Of a DNA stretch of 37,233 bases, positions 21,689 through 32,946 are shown one piece after another. The notes beneath the pieces are model-generated. The model searched no databases. It worked only from the letters and a program-made list of their open reading frames with translations, and had not been told where the DNA came from. This stretch comes from Octopus bimaculoides (lineage: Eukaryota), in the NCBI RefSeq assembly GCF_001194135.2, contig NC_068994.1:3625964-3663196 (forward strand). The letters run 5' to 3'. Every line of letters starts with the position of its first letter. Position 1 is the stretch's first letter. A program made the translations under genes and the position numbers.

Positions 21689-23453
21689 CCTCTCCCTACC
21701 AAACCCTTCTCCCCTCCCCCTCCCTAGGGCAAACAACATTTTATGGTTTACAAATATCCAAAAGTCAACTGTTGGGAAAACGGTTTTGTTCTCTGGGCAT
21801 CTTCAAAGAAGATAACATCCACGTATTTTTCTTCTGTTTTTTTTTTGATCATTTATTCACATCTTTTGTAGAAATCCACATTAGACAGTCATCGTGTGCT
21901 GGATACATTACAACTTAACTTAAAATTTCTATTTTTCAAAAGAGCGTCTGCTTTATCAAACTCTATCCCACTGCATAACTCAGCCTGCCAGAGACATTGA
22001 TCAACAGCAAAAACGACTTTCATGATTCCACTGATAAATTATTTCTCCAGAATTTCTCAAAGCCACGTTATCAATAGACATCTTCGGTGCCACTCTTGTT
22101 CTTGGACAACTTAAGCAACTCCCTCTCACCTGTCCTCATACTCTTTATTTTCATACCTGGATCTGTACTGACTGCAGTCTTTAGATTAAGGCCACTACTT
22201 CCCATCAGCTTAGGGTTCCTCTCATGGTCTCTCCAGAAGATTATCTTGCTTCATAAATCCAAAACCATTTTGGTAAACAGCAAAACAAAATCACTGACTT
22301 TTCTTGGTTTTTTTTTTTTTTTTTTAAGAAAATTCTAATAACTTGCAAACAGGGCTGGTTGGAAGTGGGGATGTTCATTGCTGGCCAATGAGATACACAG
22401 TTTTCTGATGAGCAGTTATACATGTTGATGAATGAATTGAGAAAGACACAAGTTGAAAGCAGAAGGCAGTAAAACACAATTAATATATATTTATATGGGG
22501 ACTATGAATCTCAGACAACCAGTTATGGAACCCGTGGGCCTCCATACATAGACAGCAAACACAGTAAATCTCATAGCTAACGAGACATGGAATTAATTAG
22601 TTTTGTAGATGAGTTGAAGTATGTGAACATGAGAGTTAATTAAACATGAAACATGTAGATACCACAGATAACCAAACATGGAGCCTTTGACTCCCATACG
22701 GCCCCTATATATATATATATATAACATGGAGCATTTTCCCCCTCATGAAACATGGATCACATGGGTATTTAGACAGGAACATACTGAGGAAGTTTGTGAA
22801 TGTTGTACAGAACAAAACTACACAAAGAAGCTTCCAGATGTTATTAACAAGGTATCTGTGGGTCTTCATGTTCCCTTCTGACAGCATGTAATCCCCTTTT
22901 AAACTTTAGTCAACTCATGACTCTCATGCAACAGAAAAGGACTCCTGTCAGTAATAAATAACAACAAAGGACCTCTATTATCGACCTTCAAACTAAACAC
23001 GACCCCTATGGACTCAACAAACAGCAACAGTAAACAAGAGAACCCTATTGAACTACTTTATGAGCCCCCAACAAAGACCAAAAACGAAAAGGGACCTGCT
23101 ACCAAGTGAGACCTTTGATGCTTCTCAGTTTTGTACATGTGACTTGTGTTGTGTTGGATGAAATCTAATAAAGCGCCTTTTCCTGGCTTCAGGTGTCCAT
23201 TCGGATGACGTCACCAATGGTGACTCTTCCTGTGGTGCCTACGTCCAGCTGGCTAAAGGTATCAACCGACATGTTTTGTTGCTATTATGCTCAGTTTAAT
23301 GATATGTGAAAGTTACCATTTTTACCTACAGCACAATGGGGACAGATTCTGAATATTTAGCACCCACTTTTGAAAGGGTCATGTAAATATATTGGGGACG
23401 GTTGTGAACAGAGGATTAGAAAGAAAGTATTTGCAATTTGTGTGTCTGTATGT

Positions 23454-23517
<64 letters not shown>

Positions 23518-23711
23518 ATATAAGAAATAATTGAGAATCAGTTGAATTAGGTACTTAAACTGAGCCAAATCTATATGGTTGGCTGCTCTGAGGAGAGCAC
23601 TTTATTTCAAATTGATGTAATGTTTTCATTGATTGATTCAGTGGAGCCGCTTGAAACAGCCGTAATGCACTGATACCAGGACATCCTTGTTGCTTATTTG
23701 CTATATATATA

Positions 23712-23870
23712 GGAGCGGCTGTGTAGTAAGTAAGCTTGCTTACCAACCATGTGGTTCCAGGTTCAGTCCCACTGCATAGCACCTTGGGCAAGTGTCTTCT
23801 ACTACAGCCTTGGGCTGACCAAAGCCTTGTGAGTGGATTTGGTAGTTGGAAACTGAAAGAAGCCCATTCA
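23712..23870 (+). mobile_element. SINE family B, 5' half
   Basis: GGAGCGGCTGTGTAGTAAG...GGTTCAGTCCC...CACCTTGGGCAAGTGTC...GAAACTGAAAGAAGCCC. Other fragments lie at about 6760-6935 (-), 24795-24925 (+), 26735-26830 (-) and 27477-27525 (+). Confidence 0.8.
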
Positions 23871-24455
23871 GATAAAATTTGTAGATGTTTGTTAATTCAT
23901 GTGTTGGAGGTCAATGTGTATGGTGATAACGAGAATGAAAAAACTTGTCAAATGGCTGAGAGTAAAACCTCTTTTAGTGACAGAGTAAGACATGTGAATT
24001 ATCTTTGGTCTGCATAAAGGAGAGAGAAATATAGAGACCATTGAGTACATCATCATTAAACACTAGATATGGTCGTATCTGGTTGACTGACCAGGAATTT
24101 AAATCATAAGTTAGACAAATGAACTGGTATAAGTGCCAGCAGCAACTAGGAACTGTTTTGGTAAGTTGAAAGTAGAAAATGTGAAGGGAGACATAATGGA
24201 TTAGTATTTCAATGGAGAAAGAAATTATAGTGATCTACCTATTTATCTGTGTGTTTTGAAAGTAAACAAATATTTTATTTACATAACACCAAACTTATAT
24301 GTTGGTTTGAGGGAGAGTATGTTTATTCCACCAAATTTGACTGTCTACTCAAGATTTTCATTCTGCTCAAGAGACAAGGCTGGGATCTCTCATTAACCTG
24401 CCAACTTTTAATATAATAAATGTGTGTGAGTATATATATATATATATATATATAT

Positions 24456-24666
24456 AATCTTTTCTACTCTAGGCACAAGGCCTGAAATTTGGGGGGAGGG
24501 GGCCAGTCGATTAGATTGATCCTAGTATGCAATTGGTACTTAATTTATCAACCCCGAAAGGATGAAAGGCAAAGCCAACCTTGGCGGAATTTGAACTCAG
24601 AACGTAAAGACAGATGAAAAACCATTAGGCATTTTGCCCAGCATGCTAACGTTTCTGCCACCTTGC
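24456..24666 (-). mobile_element. SINE family A, full length, CpG-decayed
   Basis: Colinear with the reverse complement of 29019-29231; most differences are CpG to TpG/CpA. Confidence 0.85.
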
Positions 24667-24935
24667 ATATATATATTATATAATATAACATACATATATG
24701 TATGTGTATATATATATTATATATGTTAATATAATATACGTACATATATGTGTGTATATATATGTATATTATATAATATACATGTATGTGCAAGTGTAGC
24801 TGTGTGGTAAGATTCTGTCCCACTGTCTAGCACCTTGGGCAAATGTCTCCTACTATAGCCCCAAGCTTCATTAGTGGGTTTGATAAAAACTGAAAGAAAT
24901 TCATTGTATGTGTGTATGTCTGTATATATATAGGA

Positions 24936-25116
24936 AGAGCACTCCGTCGGTAACAATGACGAGGGTCCCAGTTGATAGGATCAACGGAACAGCTTGCTCG
25001 TGAAATTAACATGCAAGTGGCTGAGCACTCCACAGACACGTGCATTCTTAACGTACTTCTCAGGGAGATTTAGAGTGAGACAGAGTGTAACGAAGCTGGC
25101 CCTTTGAAATACAGGT
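24936..25116 (+). mobile_element. Unclassified interspersed repeat, family C
   Basis: GTGAAATTAA(C/T)ATGCAAG(T/C)GGCTGAGCACTCCACAGACA(C/T)GTG is shared with an older copy at about 8225-8370. Confidence 0.7.
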
Positions 25117-25269
25117 TTAAATGCTAAAGGGTTAACTAATTGTTTTAAGGGGCTTATGTGGTAAAAACTTGACCTGGACTCTCTGTTAATCCCTTCATTT
25201 TTCCATGACCCAAAGGGTCATCCAGGATGTGACAGCAGAAGAGAGAGACAGAGACCTGCATCAGTGACC

Positions 25270-25405
25270 AGCCAGTGTTTATTTACAACTAAGTACAATG
25301 GAGCAATGTGAAATAAAGTGCCTTGCTTAAAGACAAAGCATGCTACCGGGCCTGGAATTGAACCCACAGCACTATGATTATGAGCTAAATGCCCTAACCA
25401 CTAGG
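25270..25405 (-). mobile_element. tRNA-derived SINE fragment (further family)
   Basis: Minus strand reads CCTAGTGGTTAGGGCA...GGGTTCAATTCCAGG (A and B boxes) then AAGGCACTTTATTTCACATTGCTCCA. A related fragment lies at about 3950-4060 (-). Confidence 0.6.
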
Positions 25406-25975
25406 ATTTATACCTCCACTGAAAACAGAATAAGGGAAAAGGCTGGTTTGAAATAAGTAGGCTCCCACCACCATCAACAGCAGCATTTTTGCTTTTCCAT
25501 GCTGGAATGGGTTGGCTTGGTCTACTCCCTCACATTGTCTTGCCACAAATAAGCATGAATCAATGAATTTCTAAAATGCCACATATTTATTGACAGTTTA
25601 CACACAATTCAAGAGTACAATGCACGTCTGCAATTGGACACAGCAAATAATGAGATAAGAAGACAAACAAAGGTAAGAAAATATTTGAACATTTTCATGT
25701 TTCTTTTTCTCTAAAATCCACCATCTTCCCATCCAAACTTGGTCGAACACAATGTATTCCATGGAGATGTAGTGATCTTCATACTGCATTTTTATTGATC
25801 ATCCTGAAAAGACAGGTCAAATATTTATTTTAAATTGCAATTAGTAGACAATAGCAGTGGTGGTGGTCATTGGTTCCCACTGGACCAAGCTCTGGTTCAC
25901 TGCATTGCTGACCATCAAAACCAGAAATGAGTGTCGGTAACTTGATGCAGTTATGTATGTGTGCGCATATATATA

Positions 25976-26723
25976 TTGGGTCATCCGATAAATATTGCGG
26001 TTATTGTCAAATGCATGAACTAAAAGTCAGAGGGGGGCAGGATAAACTGCCTGTATCAACTTGCTTTAAAAGCAGGTAGTAATTTTACCTTGTACTTATT
26101 CTTAGTACATGTTTTGAAGAGTGCAGTTCAATTTTAACAGTTATTTTATCAAAGCTGTAAAGGGAGTGACAAAGGAGCATATTTTGCTTTATGAGTTCAA
26201 TAAAAGCAACAACGGAACAGAAAGGGTGAGGAATATTAATGCAGTATATGGAGATCGGACAATAAGCGTAAGCCAGTGTCAATGGTTGTGCCAGAAATTC
26301 CAAGCTGGAAACTACAGCCTAGAAGATGATCCTCATCTTGGAAGATCTGTAGAGCTTGATGAGAAAGTCCTGCAAACTCTGGTGGAACAAATCCCATTGT
26401 AACTGTTGAGGAACTAGCAGAGAAGCTTGGATTTGGTCATTCAACCATTCATCAACACCTGTATGCCATTGGAAAAGTTAGCAAATTGGGTCAATGGGTT
26501 CCTCACAAACTTTCCGAGTCTAATTGCGGGCAGAGAGTGAATGAGTGCTCCACTTTGCCCTCATGCCTCACGAATGAACCTTTTTTGGACTGAATAGTGA
26601 CTGGTGATGAGAAATGGGTTCTCTATAAAACCGAAGAATGTGCCAGACTAAAGAAGGCCTTCACCCATGTAAGGTGTTATCTGTTTGGTGGGATATGAAA
26701 GGTTTAGTTCACTTTGACTTTTA
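25976..26723 (+). mobile_element. Decayed mariner (Tc1/mariner) transposon, 5' half
   Basis: TA-flanked 5' TIR-like TTGGGTCATCCGATAAATATTGCGGTT. HTH region HILLYEFNK...FQAGNYSLEDDPHLGR, then a frameshift near 26390. WVPHKL (26495-26512), a stop at 26591 and IVTGDEKW (first catalytic Asp) follow. After an internal deletion comes LHPCKVLSVWWDMKGLVHF. No right TIR was seen. Confidence 0.9.
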
Positions 26724-27959
26724 AACGCAAGGTTATAGCAGAATACAGTTGCTCAAGGTTCCATGCAGTGGGATAGAACCAGGAACCATGGAGCTGAAAA
26801 GCAAGCTTTATACCATGCAGCCATGTTATGTATGTCCACTTCTGCACGGTTTTGTATCCCCAATTTCACTAACGAGGTATCAGCCAACCTCCCGACACCA
26901 GTCAAAACAAATAACCTCCATTATGAATCCAGAGAAGCCACACTTCCGACTCAATTGAAACATGTTCCTATCCATTACCTTAAAATATATTTTACAATGA
27001 ATTTATAAGAAACATTGTAACATCAGCAGACAATTGGATTAAAATATTCATCAAAAAGCAGAAAAAAAGGTTTGGGTGGAACGCTATCAACTGTAACCAG
27101 ACTCTCTTCTTGAACTAAGAAACTTCAAAATATTGGTCAGTGTTGACCTTTTGCCCTCAGTGTTGTTTCTACTGTTCATAAAACTTCCTTGTCAGAATTA
27201 TTTTTATGAGAAAAATAATACCACCATTAAAGATGTCTGAATCATCTTGATTTTGTCAGTGTATTGTGTTTTATTAAATGTCTCAAAGTAAATTCAAACA
27301 TTCTCTCTCCTCTTTATATGTTTTTCCTCTTTTCTCTATTGTCATGTTTGATATTTTCTGGGTTTATTGTCTGCTGAGTGTCATTAAAATGTTCCAGAAT
27401 TACAGGAAAGTAATAAGGCCAAGTCGTAGACGAGTTCCACCCACCATCTTCCCCCAGACTAGTCATTTACTGTGAGGTGCAGGCATGGCTGTGTGGCAAG
27501 AAGTTTGCTTCCTGCGCATATGTGTCAGTCTGTTTGCTGTATTGAATTTTGACGAGATGGACAATTTTTTGTGCTGCTTGGCAGCGGTTTGTGACTGGAC
27601 GAGTATGAGCTGTCCTCAGTGGAGGAGGAGCTCGTTAAGGCGGTAAATAGAATGGGCGAGCATTTGGAAAGAGTAAAGAGTTTTGCAGAGGTGGACCTAG
27701 CCGGACTGAAGGTGCTGAGTAAGATGGGCAGTGATGTAAAGTTATTACCCCCGAAAAGGGTTATGGAAAAGAAGACCATCACCTCCAAGGTGTACTCAGT
27801 GGAGAGTAAGAAGGTGGGGCGGATGGAGATGGAAAATTCAAGGGAGGTTACTCACCAAATTTCAACTGATCAACAATTAAAGGGAAATATTTATGGGGTT
27901 TGAGCGAGGCTGATATTTGGCAACCACAGAGACAACTTTTGACAGGTTTCAATGTTATT

Positions 27960-28385
27960 AGTCCTCACCAGCCTAACATGGTCTCCTTCACAGCTGCCAA
28001 CATGTCAGAACAACAAGCTACGACAGCTTTAAAATGGCAAACACAACAACTTTAATTAATTAAGACTATAGTCTTATACTGAGTTCATTTGAAGTCATCA
28101 CTCAGAAAAAAACAATGGACAGCTTCCAGTTCACATGTTTAAGGAGTGTACTTGACATCAAGTGGCTGCAAAGAGTCCTAAATTACACAATTGGGACAGC
28201 AATAGGCATCAAGTGGGTCAGTGATGAAATAAGTTGCAGACACTGGAAGTAGACTGGAAATGTGCTCAGGCAATATCAAGAAAGTGATTCTATGGTGGCA
28301 CTAAAGTGGAAACCTGAAGGGGGGGGGCAGCAGGGTGTCGTGAAACCATATGGCAAAAGGACCATTGACAAGGAAAGGAGGCAAT
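27960..28385 (+). mobile_element. RTE-clade LINE ORF2 C-terminal remnant
   Basis: 28115 onward translates MDSFQFTCLRSVLDIKWLQRVLN...EISCRHWK*TGNVLR...VALKWKPEGGGQQG...KRTIDKE. This matches the typical RTE pattern (F..RCLRRILGI.W.DRV.N...RW.W.GHVLR...W.P.G.R..GRP..TW), with a TGG-to-TAG stop at 28250. Confidence 0.8.
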
Positions 28386-28520
28386 CAACAACAACAACGA
28401 AAAATACCTTAGGAATGAGAATCCAGGTTCGAAATTTCCCCAGGACACCTGATGAAGGCTGGATGGTATATCAGCTGAAAGATGGGGACAAATATCTGTC
28501 AAATGTAAATAGTGTACATA
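28386..28520 (+). mobile_element. Second (5'-truncated, internally deleted) copy of the hammerhead-bearing repeat
   Basis: AAAATACCTTAGGAATGAGAATCCAGGTTCGAAATTTCCCCAGGACAC-CTGATGA-A-GGCTG...CAGCT-GAAA (core 28449-28480). About 25 nt spanning stem III and the 3' strand of stem I are missing relative to the 6.5-kb copy. Confidence 0.75.
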
Positions 28521-29018
28521 TTTATTTATATGATATTTTATGTAGCATTATGATATGGGAACCTCAGCAACTAACAGTTGTTACCAATGCACAGAAACAA
28601 TTGTGATTTGTGATTAAAGCCTGTTCATTCTATTTTCTTATTTTATGAATATATATATAGAGAGAGAGAGAGAGAAAGATAGCTTGATAGATAGATAGAT
28701 GGATAGTGAGAGAGGAGAGGGAGAGTGGAGAGGGAGATTGTGTATAGATTCTTGTGAGAAATATATTAATTCACATGTCAAGCCAACAGGATTATATTTC
28801 TAAAGAACAGTTACATTCAGTTGGTCTCTTTGACTGTTCACATTCCTTGTGTGTACAATCGATCAAAAGACTAATTGAACAAAGGCTAGGAATCATAAAT
28901 ATTATAAATAAATAAAACATTTTTATTTGTGTGTTTTATTTATTTATAATAACTTTTTACACTTTCTTATAATCTATACACATACACGTTCTTCTTGTTT
29001 GTGAATAATTGTGCCTAG

Positions 29019-29231
29019 TAAGGCGACGAGCCAGTAGAAACGTTAGCGCGCCGGGCGAAATACTTAGCGGTATTTCGTCTGTCTTTAAGTTCTGAGTTCA
29101 AATTCCGCCCAGGTCGACTTTACCTTTCATCCTTTCGGGGTCAATAAATTTAGTACCAGTTGCGAAGTGGAGTCGATCTAATCGACTGGCCCCCTCCCCC
29201 AAAATTTCGGGCCATGTGTCTAGAGTAGAAA
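29019..29231 (+). mobile_element. Near-intact tRNA-derived SINE, family A (central domain resembling the MetaSINE-type core)
   Basis: tRNA-like head with B box GTTCAAATTCC (29096-29106). Central CTTTCATCCTTTCGGGGTCAATAAATTTAGTACCAG. At least 14 related copies occur in the window. The superfamily label is from memory and unverified. Confidence 0.85.
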
Positions 29232-29499
29232 CGTGTATAATGCCATCTCAGTCTCAGACTTCAGTTGTTTGGATAATCGGTACCGTGAAACTGTTACGAC
29301 TCTAGACGTTTCGCGTGTATGTGTGAGTGCATGTGTGTATGCATGCGTATTAAGGCGACTGATCGGCAGAATGTCTACCAAAGGACGACAAAATGCCTGC
29401 CAGCCTTTAGTAACGTCTCTGTTTATATATTCTGCATCCAAACCATGTCAAGATCAATACTATAAATACCAATCAAGTACTTGAATCGATCTAATTGAT

Positions 29500-30300
29500 T
29501 ATACTTGGCACTCATCTACACAATGTGGCTTCGCGTCGACGTTAGCAGGCATTGTTTTCGTTTGGTGAGGCTGCGAATTAATCGACTTTTGTTTAGTATT
29601 TCAATAAAACACATTTTATATACACACACAATTAATGAAACACTGACATTCACATAAGCATTAGCTTATGTACCTGCACACACACAAATACAAGAATCAT
29701 TGAAACACATTCACAACTGCATACACTACTTTACACATCTATACGCATACTCTCACACTCAAATACAATGCAAAAGTTTATTTTATCCAGAAAAATACAA
29801 CCAAAGCCATGGAAAAAAACAACGGTAACGTAAAGAATAATAGAATTAGAATCCAAAGAATTTGCCAGGAAATGCTTCTCCTCTTTCTTTTCTCCCATTC
29901 TTCGTATCATCCATGTTCGAGAATATCGGCAAAACGCTTCACCAAGTCCTGTCGTGTTTGTCACGTGACTTCTACCATTCCTAGAAGACGAAAATTATTG
30001 CAGTTGCCTCCCTTGGATATTGTGTAACTCTCTCGTGATTTTATTGAGAAAAAGCAACAAAAATCTCTGAAATGAAAGAAGTCATGGGATGAGCAATTAT
30101 TTATAGGATTTGTCTGAGAAAACGAGAGACAAAAAAAAAAAAAAAAAAAATACAACACTTATATTTTGTTTATTTGTCCTTTATTCAGTCATCATTTCTT
30201 TTTTAGCACAGAAAAAGATGTTTATCGTTTTAAAACAAGTTAATTTGTTAATTAGTGAAAAGGTTAATTTACCTGTCCTTACGTCAATGGGGCTGTGACC
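29500..30300. promoter_or_regulatory. CpG-retaining promoter-like region with a perfect GTCACGTGAC E-box palindrome (29960-29969) and TTACGTCA (30279-30286)
   Basis: Motifs read directly from the sequence; CpG visibly denser than in 5-28 kb. Confidence 0.4.
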
Positions 30301-31157
30301 AGTTAACCAGTTGACATATGAGTCGAATAGAAATTACAAGGGGCAGACATCAAATTCTTCGATGAAAATCATCTCCCCACACATTCATCTTTTCACCATC
30401 TTTCAACTGCGGAAAAGGGGTAATAAAAATGTAAGCCCTTTCGCACGTTTCTTGCTTAAATACATTGTTTAACCCCGGGTCAGCACTGATTGAGTAAGTG
30501 TATGATCAACAGCCTTCCATCTGAGACCATCATATGCTTCACGAAGACACAAAGAATCTACATCTAAGTTTTCCAAATGTTATTTTTTTTTCTACCTCTT
30601 AAAGTAGTATAGTGTAATTAAGCTGCTATGTCTAACAGCTCGAGCAAGCACGTACAAGCATCCCTTTGGTTCGTCAGGGAGTATTTTCTAAATCGCAAGC
30701 TAATCAACAATTTTCGGAAAATCAATAATATCGATACTTATTGGACAAGAAAATATATTTCAAAAAATATCGATTACATTCGATCTACAAATCCATCGAT
30801 ATAATGTTTTTTTTATTTTTTTTTTCAAACAAGGATAATAATTAAATTTGGATGATAATGAACGGCAATTTGCTTTGAAGAAATAATATATCCTCTCCAG
30901 CTTTTCAGGATTTCTTTCTTCTGGCATTACTTCAATAATTTACGTCGTGTTTGAAGTATTTCTGTCCCCCATAAAAGACAGCCAATGCGGAGAGAAATAT
31001 GTACACTATGGCTCATATGTTCTATTTGCGACGACTAACATTTATGAACACATTTTTCATCTTCAATTTCTGATAAATCCGAGAAATATATTAGTCGAGA
31101 TACAATGAAAGTCGGGGGGTATTAAACATGTTAACACGAAACAACGTTGAGTTAAGA

Positions 31158-31225
<68 letters not shown>

Positions 31226-31314
31226 CAATAGTCTTTGTCTATTTTTGTGTTGGCGTTCGGCAAGCATGGGAGATAACTCAGGATATGTTTGGTTTTTCTT
31301 AGACCTCATCAGCG

Positions 31315-31577
31315 NNNNNNNNNNNNNNNNNNNNNNNNNNNNNNNNNNNNNNNNNNNNNNNNNNNNNNNNNNNNNNNNNNNNNNNNNNNNNNNNNNNNNN
31401 NNNNNNNNNNNNNNNNNNNNNNNNNNNNNNNNNNNNNNNNNNNNNNNNNNNNNNNNNNNNNNNNNNNNNNNNNNNNNNNNNNNNNNNNNNNNNNNNNNNN
31501 NNNNNNNNNNNNNNNNNNNNNNNNNNNNNNNNNNNNNNNNNNNNNNNNNNNNNNNNNNNNNNNNNNNNNNNNNNNNN
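31315..31577. other. Assembly gap (263 N)
   Basis: N run. Confidence 1.
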
Positions 31578-32709
31578 ATACACACATTCGCTGCTTTCTT
31601 CCAAGGAATCTAATGCTCTTAGCTTAGTTTTTCCTTGGAGTTGGCCAGATTTGAGCAATATCGAGAATAACCAGCCGAAATTTCAAGAATAATCTGGATC
31701 TCGACTGAGGAAAGAAAACTCCGAATGACCTGTCCTTGTTTCCTTCTATCGCCTGTCTGGATGTTTTGCATCCTTGTCCCATTCTGTATTATTTATACAT
31801 ACATACATATATATATATATATATGCGTGTATATATATATATGTGTGTGCATATATATATATGCGTGTGTGTATATATATAGAGAGAGAGTCGCCAACAC
31901 AGCAAAACGTTTTATAGGTGCGAAACCAATGGTCATTCTCTGACCCTTTCAAATACACACACATACATACGCTCGCACACGCACTTATACATACATACAC
32001 ATATGAGTATGAATGTATAATAAAAGTATTAGCCAACAGTAAAAAAAAAAAAAAAATTTTTAAGTGATTGAAGGTATTTACGTTTTACTTTTCTTACCAA
32101 CACCCAGGAAAGACGTCGGTCTGTTACTTTGAAGATATTAGTTATTTGGAAAACCCAGAGTGTGAAGAGATTGCAGAGTTATCTCCCTTAGGCTGACATT
32201 ACCTGAATAGCAGACGGTCTGTTGTGCAAATGACACATTATTATAATGATAACCCCACTTGTTCCAAGCACGGGGAATTACCCTCAGCATGCATCAATCT
32301 ATCTATCTATTTCATATAGACATGTCCTTTACACACACATACATTTTAAACGTCGGCATTCTTTCTGCAATAGACCATTTTAAAGTTTTCCATATGTTTA
32401 TTCTTACTTCATGAGCCAAATAAAAGATGAAGAAAATAGCAAATTTCGGCAATCAAAGCAGCAGTGAACTGCCCCCCCCCCTCACACCAAACAATCAAGT
32501 ATTTGGCCGAATGGGTGCATGAAACGTTTTGGCGTCCCTGATTCTATGCTCACCATTTGGCGTTAAACGTCTTAATGTTTCTTTCCTCCTCTCACTCACT
32601 CTCTGTCTGTTTATGTATGTGAACGTATTTCTCTGTGTATGGGGGAAAGGAAAGAGTTTTTATATTAATCGTATTCAGTTAATAAACTGTAATGTCTCTC
32701 TTTCCCTAT

Positions 32710-32946
32710 CTTATTTCTTTATTGCCCACAAGGGGCTAAACATAGAGGGGACAAACAAGGACAGACAAAGGGATTAAGTCGATTACATCGACCCCAGCGC
32801 GTAACTGGTACTTAATTTATCGACCCCGAAAGGATGTGAAAGGCAAAATCGACCTCGGCGGAATTTGAACTCAGAACGTAACGGCAGACGAAATACCGCT
32901 AAGCATTTCGCCTGGCATGCTAACGTTTTTGCCATTTTGCCGCCTT
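32710..32946 (-). mobile_element. SINE family A, variant with a different 3' tail
   Basis: Reverse complement of the 29019 element over the head and core; the 3' part is replaced by a ...CCCCTCTATGTTTAGCCCCTTGTGGGCAATAAAG tail. Confidence 0.85.

Noticed and set aside
23250-23315. Faint resemblance to U2 snRNA 5' region (GGCTAA..ATCAA..TCAGTTTAAT)
   Set aside because: Only short scattered matches, no GTAGTA branch-recognition sequence or Sm site; likely chance.
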